Shown one piece after another: positions 1 to 9,699 of a stretch of DNA of 64,000 nucleotides. The notes beneath the pieces were generated by a model, which worked only from the letters and a program-made list of their open reading frames with translations, did not search any database and was not told where the DNA came from. The position numbers and the translations under genes are program-made. Every line of letters begins with the position of its first letter. Position 1 is the stretch's first letter. The DNA comes from a virus, in IMG/VR virus record IMGVR_UViG_3300025732_000019; one strand, 5' to 3'.

Positions 1-1
1 T

Positions 2-106
2 GTGCGATGGAATAAAGCACGGGATCCGAAAACACAAACGTTGGTCGAAGTGCCGGGGTTGACAAATCGACGTAAAGCAGAATACACACTTTTTACAAAG
101 GGTTAG
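2..106 (+). CDS. C-terminal fragment of a GH24 phage lysozyme (partial, runs off the window)
   Basis: Frame 2 reads VRWNKARDPKTQTLVEVPGLTNRRKAEYTLFTKG*, the typical GH24 C-terminus (RWNKA...PGL..RR.AE..LF). Confidence 0.75.
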   Translation: MRWNKARDPKTQTLVEVPGLTNRRKAEYTLFTKG

Positions 107-109
107 CAT

Positions 110-349
110 ATGTACATCATTGTTACTGTCGTTCTTGTAGGCCTCGCATATTGGTTAGGTGTCAGTGTGACTCGATGGATACTTGAACGCGAACACCAGC
201 ACATTGAAACATGGCGTGGCATTGAGCAAGTAGAAGAGCGAATCATACGTCGTATGGATGACGAGGTGCGCAATATGCATCGCCGTCTCGACGCCCTCGT
301 TGAAAACGGGGAGCGAAAGCGATGCGGCTCACAGTGTAATTGTCAGTAA
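110..349 (+). CDS. small membrane-anchored protein, possibly lysis-related
   Basis: N-terminal hydrophobic helix plus coiled coil; directly follows the lysozyme. Confidence 0.55.
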   Translation: MYIIVTVVLVGLAYWLGVSVTRWILEREHQHIETWRGIEQVEERIIRRMDDEVRNMHRRLDALVENGERKRCGSQCNCQ

Positions 350-374
350 GTTTACCGAATAGGGAGAGAAAACG

Positions 375-722
375 ATGCTCATTGTGTATTGTTTAGGAAT
401 TATTGCATGCGTAAGTATCGGATATGTTTTTGGCATGCGGATCTGGAATCGAGTTCGTGCGAATCAACGCCTTGACGATGATGATGTTGACTATCGGTTA
501 GTCGATGAAGAGTTCTATAAGGATTGGCCTGAAGCGTTTGAGTCATGGACGACGCCCGTGACAGATGACACGGATGACACTACGGAACCACCTGCTGCAA
601 TTCAAACATACGAAAAAGCGCGGAAAACGCAAAAGCGTCTGCAGGAAAAGACGAAAGCAAAGCCTCGAAAGAAAACGGGCAGTAAGAAACCAAAGACGGT
701 GACAAAGAGGAAGAAGGCATAA
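375..722 (+). CDS. hypothetical membrane protein with Lys-rich C-terminus
   Basis: SD GGGAG; N-terminal TM segment; basic tail. Confidence 0.6.
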   Translation: MLIVYCLGIIACVSIGYVFGMRIWNRVRANQRLDDDDVDYRLVDEEFYKDWPEAFESWTTPVTDDTDDTTEPPAAIQTYEKARKTQKRLQEKTKAKPRKKTGSKKPKTVTKRKKA

Positions 723-723
723 C

Positions 724-1044
724 ATGGAGAATACTGTGATTCGTATGTTGCACCTCACCACGGGCGAGGATGTGATCGGTCGTATGCGCCTTGATGATCA
801 AGGCGTGACATGGTTGGTTGACGATGCAGTGATGCCAAATATGGCTATCGATCCGTCAACAGGAAGTGTGCGTGTGGGATTATTGCCGGTGCGCCCCTAT
901 GCGGAGACAGATCAGTTGCGGATTTCGACGCTGCATGTAATCTACGACGCGGCGCTGACCGAACAGATGGAAACCGCGTATCGTTCGTATTGCTCGGGTA
1001 TCGTAACATCCGCACCGCCGCTGTCGTCGCTCTTGACGAACTAA
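724..1044 (+). CDS. conserved T4-like phage hypothetical protein (Sm-like fold likely)
   Basis: LHLTTGEDVIG motif typical of small ORFs next to gp43 in T4-like phages. Confidence 0.6.
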   Translation: MENTVIRMLHLTTGEDVIGRMRLDDQGVTWLVDDAVMPNMAIDPSTGSVRVGLLPVRPYAETDQLRISTLHVIYDAALTEQMETAYRSYCSGIVTSAPPLSSLLTN

Positions 1045-1067
1045 CGTGATTGCAGTATCATTAGTAG

Positions 1068-3614
1068 ATGCTGCATCCGTCGCAAAAGCCTAAGTTTTCC
1101 GGCACGTTCGATTCATCGCTACTATACACCTATACCGCTACCATCAGCAATCGTTGCTACATCCGTGGCCGCGATGCTGATGGAGCACCCCACTTTCTCG
1201 AACTCAAGTATCAACCCACATATTATTTGCCGACGACGGAACACACCGGCGTATCGGCGCTCGACGGCACACCATTGTTGCCGCACACATGCGACTCCAT
1301 TGCTGACGGTCGTGAATTTCTTGAATCGCATTCTGACGCGTATGGAAACATTCAACCCGAGTATATGGCGCTATCTGATATGTACGGGGCCACTGAAATC
1401 CTTCCTGACATGTCGCGTCTCTATATCTGGAACATTGATATCGAAGTCGAATCGGATACGGCATTTGCTCCGCCCGATGATCCTTTCAATGCAATCACCA
1501 CGATTACCGTCAAGTGGCGCCACAGCAATCAATCGGGTGTCGTCGTCTATGGCACCAAACCCTACAATCCACCCGACACGATAACCTACAAACAGTGCGC
1601 GGATGAGCGGGCGCTGCTGACAGAGTTTCTACGTGACTGGAGAGGTCAGCGTGACTATCCTGATATCATTACGGGCTGGAACATTCAATTTTACGATATT
1701 CCCTACATCGTCAATCGCATGCGACGGGTGCTCTCGGATGAGCAGACGCTGAAACTGTCACCGTTCGAACGACTGGCAGAACGCCGCGTAACGTTGAATG
1801 GGCGTGATCAAACCGTCGTCGATATTCGCGGCATCAATATTCTCGATTACTACGAACTCTACCGAAAGTTCACATACTCGCAACAGGAAAGTTATCGACT
1901 CGATCACATTGCGCACGTGGAACTCGGAAAACGGAAATTGTCGTATTCAGAATACCAATCACTGGCGCAGTTGTATCGTGAAAACTTCTCCAAGTTTATC
2001 GAGTATAACGTGCGCGACGTGGAACTTGTCGATGAACTCGATCAAAAACTCAAGCTCATCGAACTAGTGTGCGCGTTGGCCTACAGCGCAAAAGCAAACT
2101 ATGTCGATACGTTTCGGCAAGTGCGGCTGTGGGATATCATGATCTACCACTACTTGCGAGAGCGACAGATTCAGATTCCGCCGCGCCGCGAGGTTGAGAA
2201 AACTGAGCAGTATGCAGGCGCGTATGTGAAAGATCCGCTTGTCGGGCAGCATCAATGGGTCGTCTCTTACGATCTTGCGTCGATGTATCCACATATTATT
2301 CGTCAGTGGAATTTGTCGCCGGAAACGATTATTGAGAAGTGTGATACCGCATCCGACATTGACGCGTTGTTGACGCACGCCCCGATTGCAGAACTCTATG
2401 CCGCAGGCGAACACATGGTAGATGGTTACGCGTATGCGGCGAATGGTGTATTGACGCGGCGAGATGCTGAAGGATTTCTCCCGGCGATGCTAAAAACTCT
2501 GTACGACGAACGTGTGAAGTTCAAGCGTTTAGCGACAGAAGCGAAACAGAAACGGGAGACGGTTGCGAAAACGTCGCCCGAATACGCAGAATTGAGCAAG
2601 CTGATCGCAGCGTATAACAATCAGCAACTTGTTCGTAAGGTGAACCTCAACTCTGCGTACGGCGCACTCGGCAGTAACTACTTCCGCTTCTACGATCTCA
2701 ATCTAGCAGAAGCGGTGACAATCACTGGCCAACTCGTCATTCGATGGATTGCGCGTGACGTGAATGCGTATTTGAATACCGTGCTGCGGAGTTCAGCGGA
2801 TTACATCATTGCATCGGATACCGATTCGATCTACATCAATCTCGGGGCGCTTGTCTCCGCACAAGAGGCGTTTCGTGAAAAGAATACGCATCAGATCGTG
2901 ACGATGTTGGATCGCTTCTGCGAACAACGGCTTCAATCTGTTATCGACGCGTCATTGGCATCCCTCGCTAAATATATGAATGTCGCGGTACCGTGCTTAT
3001 CAATGAAGCGAGAGATTATCGCCGATAAGGGTGTTTGGACAGCCAAGAAGCGATACATGTTGAACGTCTACGACACGGAAGGTGTGCGTCATACAGAACC
3101 GAAACTCAAGATGATGGGTATCGAAGCGGTGAAGTCATCGACGCCCACGATTGCGCGTGACATTCTCACGCATGCGATTGAGTTGCTGTTGCGTGGGTCA
3201 CAAGAAGATATCTGGGCATATATCAAGTCATCCCGTGCGCGGTTTGAATCCGCATCGTTCGCAGACATTGCGATGCCTCGTTCTGTGAATGGATTGACAC
3301 GGTATCAGAATGCAGAAAAGGGTATCCCGATTCACGTGAAAGGCGCTATCGTCTACAATAAGAAGATCGCCTCGCAGGGGTTATCACATCTGGAAGCCAT
3401 TCGTGATGGCGCAAAGATTCGATTTGCATATCTGCGAAACATGAACCCGTTTGGTACACACGTGCTCTCTGCACCGCATGAATGCCCACCAGAATGGCAG
3501 ATCGAACGGTACATAGACTATGAGAAGCAATTTCAGATTGCCGTGCTCGATCCGCTCAACGCCATTCTGCAACATGTGCAGTGGAGTGCGGAATACGAGC
3601 CGTCATTATTCTAA
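1068..3614 (+). CDS. gp43: family B DNA polymerase (T4 gp43)
   Basis: Exo motifs DIEV, GWNIQFYDIPY, YNVRD; polymerase motifs SYDLASMYP, KVNLNSAYG, SDTDS, KKRY; C-terminal clamp-binding SLF. Confidence 0.97.
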   Translation: MLHPSQKPKFSGTFDSSLLYTYTATISNRCYIRGRDADGAPHFLELKYQPTYYLPTTEHTGVSALDGTPLLPHTCDSIADGREFLESHSDAYGNIQPEYMALSDMYGATEILPDMSRLYIWNIDIEVESDTAFAPPDDPFNAITTITVKWRHSNQSGVVVYGTKPYNPPDTITYKQCADERALLTEFLRDWRGQRDYPDIITGWNIQFYDIPYIVNRMRRVLSDEQTLKLSPFERLAERRVTLNGRDQTVVDIRGINILDYYELYRKFTYSQQESYRLDHIAHVELGKRKLSYSEYQSLAQLYRENFSKFIEYNVRDVELVDELDQKLKLIELVCALAYSAKANYVDTFRQVRLWDIMIYHYLRERQIQIPPRREVEKTEQYAGAYVKDPLVGQHQWVVSYDLASMYPHIIRQWNLSPETIIEKCDTASDIDALLTHAPIAELYAAGEHMVDGYAYAANGVLTRRDAEGFLPAMLKTLYDERVKFKRLATEAKQKRETVAKTSPEYAELSKLIAAYNNQQLVRKVNLNSAYGALGSNYFRFYDLNLAEAVTITGQLVIRWIARDVNAYLNTVLRSSADYIIASDTDSIYINLGALVSAQEAFREKNTHQIVTMLDRFCEQRLQSVIDASLASLAKYMNVAVPCLSMKREIIADKGVWTAKKRYMLNVYDTEGVRHTEPKLKMMGIEAVKSSTPTIARDILTHAIELLLRGSQEDIWAYIKSSRARFESASFADIAMPRSVNGLTRYQNAEKGIPIHVKGAIVYNKKIASQGLSHLEAIRDGAKIRFAYLRNMNPFGTHVLSAPHECPPEWQIERYIDYEKQFQIAVLDPLNAILQHVQWSAEYEPSLF

Positions 3615-3625
3615 GGAACTATTGT

Positions 3626-4696
3626 ATGCATCGTCACATTCTTCGTGCGCTGTTATTTCTCACAGGGTTATTGCTGTCAAGCATTGCGGCATTCTATTCC
3701 GTGACAGGTCTTGCGCACATCTTTAGTGGTGCGTTAGTGCCTGTCATGGTTATGGGAAGCGCGTTAGAGTTAGCAAAACTCGTTGGCGCGTCATGGGTAT
3801 TTCGGCATTGGCGCGACGCCCCCAAAATGCTGACCGCATACGTCAGCGTGGGTATTCTTGTGCTCATGATGCTCACGGGTGTTGGCATCTTCGGGTATCT
3901 CTCCAGAGCGTATTTGGTGCAGCAAGCTCCGTTGGCGGCAGCGGCCGCCGAACGCACGACACTGGAACGTGCCGTCACATTAGCGAAAGATGCATACACA
4001 CGTGATGAAAATGCGCTCGAAACGTTCTCATCGAAGAATGCCGGCGATCAGATCATTGCTCGGCTCACAGAAAGGGATCGGTTATCGGGAAACTCGGGTG
4101 CGGTCAATGTGCTACGGTCGCAGCAAACACTCCAACGCGAACTACAGACACGTGCTCGCGAGAGTGCCAAAGAATTACAGGTAGCAGAACAAGCACTTGC
4201 CGTCTTCAATCAGCGCACACAAGAGCAAACCGTTGATATTGGCCCATTGCTGTTCATTGCAAAAGCGTGGTATCGTGATACGTCTGTAGATGTGCTGGAT
4301 CGAACCGTCACCATTTTTATTCTCATCATTATCTCGGTGTTCGACCCGATGGCAATTGCGTTACTCCTCGCAGCACAGTCATTGGCACGGGAACCTGTAG
4401 GGTCGACAAACGAACCTGATAAGGTTGACAATACTTCGCCTAACATTGACAATACTCCGGAACTCACGCTAACGCCTGCGGTTCCCGATCCCTCTGCGTT
4501 GTACGTTGTCGCCAGCATACCCCCAAATACGGCAAACACCGTCGTTCCCGAAAGCAATTCAGTCATATCTTCCGCGACAGATACGAGCACGTTGGCCGAT
4601 CCGGTCTTGAGTGCTCCGTTGCCCATCGAACGCCCTAAGCACGCCCGAGCACGTCGAGTACGTTCTGCAGAAGCACATCGACTTTCACATTCATAA
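3626..4696 (+). CDS. multi-TM/coiled-coil membrane protein
   Basis: Several TM helices, central coiled coil, VFDPMAIALL, Pro/Ser-rich tail; ATG at 3626 preferred. Confidence 0.7.
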   Translation: MHRHILRALLFLTGLLLSSIAAFYSVTGLAHIFSGALVPVMVMGSALELAKLVGASWVFRHWRDAPKMLTAYVSVGILVLMMLTGVGIFGYLSRAYLVQQAPLAAAAAERTTLERAVTLAKDAYTRDENALETFSSKNAGDQIIARLTERDRLSGNSGAVNVLRSQQTLQRELQTRARESAKELQVAEQALAVFNQRTQEQTVDIGPLLFIAKAWYRDTSVDVLDRTVTIFILIIISVFDPMAIALLLAAQSLAREPVGSTNEPDKVDNTSPNIDNTPELTLTPAVPDPSALYVVASIPPNTANTVVPESNSVISSATDTSTLADPVLSAPLPIERPKHARARRVRSAEAHRLSHS

Positions 4697-4777
4697 TGTT
4701 GTATCGTGGTATAATGTGATGAACATGTTTCATAAGAATAATACCTTTCACTGTGTGTTTATGGTTTAGGAGTTTTC

Positions 4778-5842
4778 ATGGCCAAAGATTTCTTTCGTCA
4801 GTTTGTAGCAGACATTGACGACCCCGATACAGCATTGGCGTCCGAGGGTAAAAGCGCAGCCGAATATTCTGGCTTTATTGATAGTGGAAGTTATATCCTC
4901 AATGCCGCATTGTCTGGCAGTTTATTTGGTGGACTACCCAACAATAAAGCGTTAGTACTGGCAGGTGATCCCGCTGTGGGCAAGTCATTTTTTGCACTGT
5001 CAATCGCTGCAAATTTTCTTTTGACCAGCGAAAAGGCGCGTGTGGTGTATTTCGATACAGAATCTGCCATCACGAATGATATGCTGACATCGCGAGGCAT
5101 CCAACTCGACAGAATCGTCAAATCAGAACCGGAGTCTATTGAACGCTTTCGAACTGTTGCAGTCAAAATGCTCGATGCATACGCAAAGATTCCCGTTGAA
5201 GACCGGTTCCCGCTACTGTTTATTCTCGACTCTCTTTCAGCACTTCCGAGCGGAAAAGAAGTCGGTGATATTACAGAAGGTAAAGACACCCGCGATATGA
5301 CGAAAAGTCAATTGATTCGTGGCGCGTTTCGTGTCTTGCGTCTTAAGATGGCGAAGTTACAAGTACCGATGATTATTACTTCACACACATATGCGATTAT
5401 CGGGGCGTATGTGCCTACAAAGGAAATCGCCGGCGGGAATGGAGCAAAATACGCGGCCGATACGATTGTGTTGCTAAGTAAGCGAAAAGACCGCGATAGT
5501 GAAAAGGAAGTGGTGGGGAACATTATCACAGCGCGTATGGCAAAGTCGCGACTCACCAAAGAAGAAACAAAGATTGATACGCGCATTCTATTTGACGGCG
5601 GCCTTGATCGCTACTATGGGTTGCTTGAATACGGCGAGAGCGCAGGCATCGTCAAGCGCGTTGGGAACAAGTACGAGTTCCCCGACGGCACCAAGGCATT
5701 CGAGAAGGCGATCTTCGCCACTCCGGAAAAGTTCTTTACTGAAGACGTGCTCAAGCAGATCGACGCGCACATGCAGTCAGTGTTTCTTTACAGTGCTGCC
5801 ACAACGAATACGTCGAACGTGGAAGTTGAGGACGAGGAGTAA
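4778..5842 (+). CDS. uvsX: RecA-like recombinase UvsX
   Basis: DSGSYILNAALSG, Walker A GDPAVGKS, YFDTE, LDSL; SD AGGAG. Confidence 0.95.
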   Translation: MAKDFFRQFVADIDDPDTALASEGKSAAEYSGFIDSGSYILNAALSGSLFGGLPNNKALVLAGDPAVGKSFFALSIAANFLLTSEKARVVYFDTESAITNDMLTSRGIQLDRIVKSEPESIERFRTVAVKMLDAYAKIPVEDRFPLLFILDSLSALPSGKEVGDITEGKDTRDMTKSQLIRGAFRVLRLKMAKLQVPMIITSHTYAIIGAYVPTKEIAGGNGAKYAADTIVLLSKRKDRDSEKEVVGNIITARMAKSRLTKEETKIDTRILFDGGLDRYYGLLEYGESAGIVKRVGNKYEFPDGTKAFEKAIFATPEKFFTEDVLKQIDAHMQSVFLYSAATTNTSNVEVEDEE

Positions 5843-6174
5843 TGGAACCCATCGACACCAATATCCTGACGACGATCATTCCAAGACTCATTCCCGTTAC
5901 GCATGGTGATCCCATCCTTGGGTTGGAGATCATCAAAGGGCCATATATCGGAGTGACGTTCTCATTTAAGCGGTTTGTCGTTTCCAATGGACTGACCCCG
6001 GACGGCATGGTGCCAACAAAGTTTGAGACGGAGGTGCATTCCGCGCCCGAAGGGTTTTATGTGACAGAAGACTTCGATCTGTTCTGCGGTGAAGTGTTGT
6101 TGGCATGGCTGCATCACATTTCGTTGTCAAATTTTGATATACTGCTAAACGCAGAAACTAAAGGTTTGCACTAA
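5842..6174 (+). CDS. hypothetical protein at the T4 gp40 position
   Basis: Translationally coupled between uvsX and gp41; identity rests on position only. Confidence 0.55.
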   Translation: MEPIDTNILTTIIPRLIPVTHGDPILGLEIIKGPYIGVTFSFKRFVVSNGLTPDGMVPTKFETEVHSAPEGFYVTEDFDLFCGEVLLAWLHHISLSNFDILLNAETKGLH

Positions 6175-7604
6175 TGACTTTGTTAGAACAAACGATCCTT
6201 CGCCAGTTGATGGCGTCGCAGGCGTTTGCGGAACAAGTGACTCCGTACTTGAAGCAGGAGTATTTTCCGACAAATAGTTGTGCCACGCTGTACACCGTGT
6301 TCTTAGAGTTTTTTGAGAAGTATCGGCAACTGCCTTCGTTCACCGCTGTGCGGTTGGGCGTTGACAACCAACACGATCTATCGGAAGGCGCCCTGAAAGA
6401 GGCGCTTTCTGCACTCACACAGGTGGAAGCATCGGATGCTCTTAATGAAGAGACACAAAGCGACTACCTTCTCAAAGAGACGGAGAAGTTTTGTCAAGAC
6501 CGCGCATTGTATTGTGCGTTACGCAAAAGCGTCTCGATGCTTGATGACCCGAAAGCCTCTCCACATGCGATTCCCGATCTGCTGAAAGAAGCTCTCGGTG
6601 TGAGCTTCGACACGCACGTTGGTCATGACTTCTTTGCCCAAGCCGAACAACGGTATGACTTTTATCATCAAGCGGAGTCGCGTATTCCGTTTGACTTGAA
6701 CATCTTCAATGACATGACAAAAGGTGGCGTTCCCTCGAAGACATTGAACATTGTTCTCGCAGGTACCAATGTTGGCAAGTCGCTATTTCTTGTGCATCTC
6801 GCAGCCGCGTGTCTGCGTATGAGTAAGAAGGTGCTCTACGTGACGCTGGAAATGGCCGAGGAGCGTATTGCTGAACGCATCGATGCCAACATGCTCGACA
6901 TTCCGATGGATGACTTGATTGCATTACCGCGAGAACGCTACTTGAAGAAGTTGAACACCCTTCAGCAAACCTCAACTGGCCGCGTCATCATCAAAGAATA
7001 CCCTACGGCAACTGCACATACCGGTCACTTTCGAGCGTTGCTGCACGAACTGAAAATGAAGCAGAACTTCAAACCCGATATTCTGTTTGTAGACTATATC
7101 TCGATTTGTGCCTCAGCGCGAATCAAGATGGGTAATGCGATCAACTCCTACACGTACAACAAGTTCATCGCAGAAGAACTGCGAGGCCTCGCTGTCGAAC
7201 AGAACATTCCCGTCTGGACGGCGGCACAGTTCAATCGTCAGGGGTTTGCGTCAAGCGATCCTGACTTGTCAAATGTTGGCGAGAGCTTTGGTATTCCACA
7301 GACAGCAGACTTCATGCTGGCATTGACGACTTCTGAGGAGCTTGAACGCAATAACCAGATTCAAGCGTATGTGCTTAAGAACCGCTATGCAAAACGAAAC
7401 AGCTTTCAAAAGTTTGTTCTCGGTGTCGATACGAGCCGTATGAAACTGTATGAAACAAACCTCAATGGTGCGACGGGAGAGAATGCCGCGCAGCAAAGTG
7501 CCGGATTTCCCAAAGATTTCAATATGCTGCCAGCTTCCGAGGGTATCCGCCGTATGGCATCACGTCGAAAGCCCCTTACACACTTGAAAACCACAGAAGA
7601 CTGA
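6174..7604 (+). CDS. gp41: replicative DnaB-like helicase (gp41)
   Basis: Walker A AGTNVGKS, YVTLEMAEE, VDYI, AEELRGLA, ESFG. Confidence 0.95.
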   Translation: MTLLEQTILRQLMASQAFAEQVTPYLKQEYFPTNSCATLYTVFLEFFEKYRQLPSFTAVRLGVDNQHDLSEGALKEALSALTQVEASDALNEETQSDYLLKETEKFCQDRALYCALRKSVSMLDDPKASPHAIPDLLKEALGVSFDTHVGHDFFAQAEQRYDFYHQAESRIPFDLNIFNDMTKGGVPSKTLNIVLAGTNVGKSLFLVHLAAACLRMSKKVLYVTLEMAEERIAERIDANMLDIPMDDLIALPRERYLKKLNTLQQTSTGRVIIKEYPTATAHTGHFRALLHELKMKQNFKPDILFVDYISICASARIKMGNAINSYTYNKFIAEELRGLAVEQNIPVWTAAQFNRQGFASSDPDLSNVGESFGIPQTADFMLALTTSEELERNNQIQAYVLKNRYAKRNSFQKFVLGVDTSRMKLYETNLNGATGENAAQQSAGFPKDFNMLPASEGIRRMASRRKPLTHLKTTED

Positions 7605-7612
7605 GGTATAAT
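7584..7612 (+). promoter_or_regulatory. sigma70-type promoter
   Basis: TTGAAA-17bp-TATAAT. Confidence 0.6.
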
Positions 7613-7661
7613 AGACGCATGATATTGGGTGCCGCACCTAAATATCGATAAGGAGGTCTTC

Positions 7662-8423
7662 ATGCGTCTTGATGCGCTCCATCGTCGGGTCGTTATGGAT
7701 GCGCGGGTGATACAACAGAAAGTCAATGACGTCTTTCCCCGAAAACTTCCTGCCGAATATCGCGGGCGGGCGACAAATATTCAAGCATTTTTGAATCGTT
7801 TGAATACCGTTACAGAACCTTTTGGTGTGAGAAACGTTATTGTTGATGACCCGCGTTTGCTCAAAAATGTCAACAAAATGACTGCGTACTGGATAGCCGA
7901 ACGAGAACTTCCATACGAACAGTCAATGGCAGACATCCGCCTCGAATGGCATGTACACCCACAAGCACATCGTATAGTGTGGAATGTCCGCACATGGGCG
8001 CAGCGTCGATTCTTTTTCTGGACATTCTTGATGCACGAACTATGTCATCGACATCAGAATATCTATCGGGAAAATCGCGACCAGCACGAATCCCGCACCT
8101 ATCGCTCGGATGCCACGCATGAGGATATACGAAGCGATCAGGAGTATCTTGGCGACTATGATGAAATAGAAGCCTATGCGCACGACGTTGCGTTTGAAAT
8201 GCTTATTCAATTCCCCGAATTGTCATTCACGGAAGCGTTGAGTGCGGTTGCGGGGCAAGCTGATGCAGACGACCCGTCATCGTATAGCTTTTTCATGAAA
8301 GCCTTTGAGACGTCACCCAAACATCCCGCACTGAAGATTTTCCAAAAAAAGATTCGACAATGGTATCGAATCTTGAGTGGAAACATGGAATTTTACCATT
8401 CACTTCATTTGGATATCATATAA
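7662..8423 (+). CDS. HExxH zincin-like protein
   Basis: MHELCH and downstream EIEAYA; SD AAGGAGG before ATG 7662; CTAAATA at 7638. Confidence 0.6.
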   Translation: MRLDALHRRVVMDARVIQQKVNDVFPRKLPAEYRGRATNIQAFLNRLNTVTEPFGVRNVIVDDPRLLKNVNKMTAYWIAERELPYEQSMADIRLEWHVHPQAHRIVWNVRTWAQRRFFFWTFLMHELCHRHQNIYRENRDQHESRTYRSDATHEDIRSDQEYLGDYDEIEAYAHDVAFEMLIQFPELSFTEALSAVAGQADADDPSSYSFFMKAFETSPKHPALKIFQKKIRQWYRILSGNMEFYHSLHLDII

Positions 8424-8433
8424 GTACTGACCT

Positions 8434-9675
8434 ATGACGCTACCATCATTTCGTGGATTTCTCGAAGAATCTGCTCCGACAGGAAAACTCACCCACCTGC
8501 AACATTTAGAAGATTTGGTGCTCGATGAAGGTATTGCCGGGCTGGCGTTGGCGGAAGAAGTTCTCCGAGAATTTCATGTCATGCTGCGCGACGGCGGCGT
8601 GTCCCGTTCCATGAATGTACGCACGAAATGGGATGGTGCACCGTCAGTTGTTTTCGGCCACGATCCCGCTGACGGTCAATTCTTTGTCGCAACAAAAGCT
8701 GCCTTCAGTAAAACTCCCAAGCTGATGAAGACGCACGATCAGATTGTCGCAGCCTATGGCGATTCCGGTGTCGCCAACAAGCTGCATACGTGCTTGAGTG
8801 AACTTGCGCTGTTGCGGCCGAAACACATCTTTCAGGGTGACTTAATTTTCACGGATGACGTGCGGGAACAACATATCGACGGCGCCGACTATCTGACGTT
8901 TCGACCGAATACGATTCTGTATGCGGTGGACAAGCACAGCGAGTTCGGTCAACGCATCGCCCGCGCACAACTTGGAATCGTCTTACACAGCATGTATGAG
9001 GGGCATGGAAACTCCTTTGCGAACTATCATGTCGTCTCAACGTCGCCAATGGCGTTTGCGTCATTAGCGCATTCGAGCCGTGTTGTCGCGATTGATAATA
9101 CCTTCGATGATCTCTCCGGTACTGTCACATTCACCGATACCGAAGAAACGGATTTTGTGTTGGCGATGCATCGGATCCGAGAGATTGCCGGTAAAGTACC
9201 TGCCAGCACCATTTCGCTGTTTTCCACGAAACCCCTGCATCCGCTGATTCAGCAATTTTTGAACGCCCGTGTGCGTAGTGGTGCGCATGCAGGCTCCGGT
9301 AGTCGTGCGTTACAGGAATTGGTCAGCTTTCTGACGGATCGCCGCGATAAGGAAATATCGGAACGAAAAACACCTGAAGGCCAAGACCGCATTCGCGCAC
9401 AGTTTGACGGATGGTTGCGAGATCTGATGCAGCATAAAGACCATGCGGAGATGTGGTTCAATCTGCATGCTGCGCTGAATACCGCCAAAATACTGGTACT
9501 CCGCAAACTGGCACAAGCAAAGAACGTCGCGACGTTTGTACCAACACCCGAAGGCCTCCGCGCTACCAGTCATGAGGGATTCGTGGCAACGTCGCATAGC
9601 GGTCGGATGGTGAAATTGGTGGATCGGTTGGAGTTCTCCCGCAACAATTTTTTGGTGCCTAAGCAGTGGGCATAG
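8434..9675 (+). CDS. conserved T4-like protein with ligase-like KWDG motif (DUF6267-like)
   Basis: THLQHLED, TKWDGAPS, QGD, HEGFV, KLVDRLEFSRNNF; usual neighbour of the phage cytidyltransferase. Confidence 0.7.
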   Translation: MTLPSFRGFLEESAPTGKLTHLQHLEDLVLDEGIAGLALAEEVLREFHVMLRDGGVSRSMNVRTKWDGAPSVVFGHDPADGQFFVATKAAFSKTPKLMKTHDQIVAAYGDSGVANKLHTCLSELALLRPKHIFQGDLIFTDDVREQHIDGADYLTFRPNTILYAVDKHSEFGQRIARAQLGIVLHSMYEGHGNSFANYHVVSTSPMAFASLAHSSRVVAIDNTFDDLSGTVTFTDTEETDFVLAMHRIREIAGKVPASTISLFSTKPLHPLIQQFLNARVRSGAHAGSGSRALQELVSFLTDRRDKEISERKTPEGQDRIRAQFDGWLRDLMQHKDHAEMWFNLHAALNTAKILVLRKLAQAKNVATFVPTPEGLRATSHEGFVATSHSGRMVKLVDRLEFSRNNFLVPKQWA

Positions 9676-9687
9676 GGTTGAAAAACT

Positions 9688-9694
9688 CTAAATA
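9688..9694 (+). promoter_or_regulatory. T4-like late promoter (CTAAATA)
   Basis: Variant of TATAAATA recurring upstream of late genes. Confidence 0.6.
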
Positions 9695-9699
9695 CTCAT

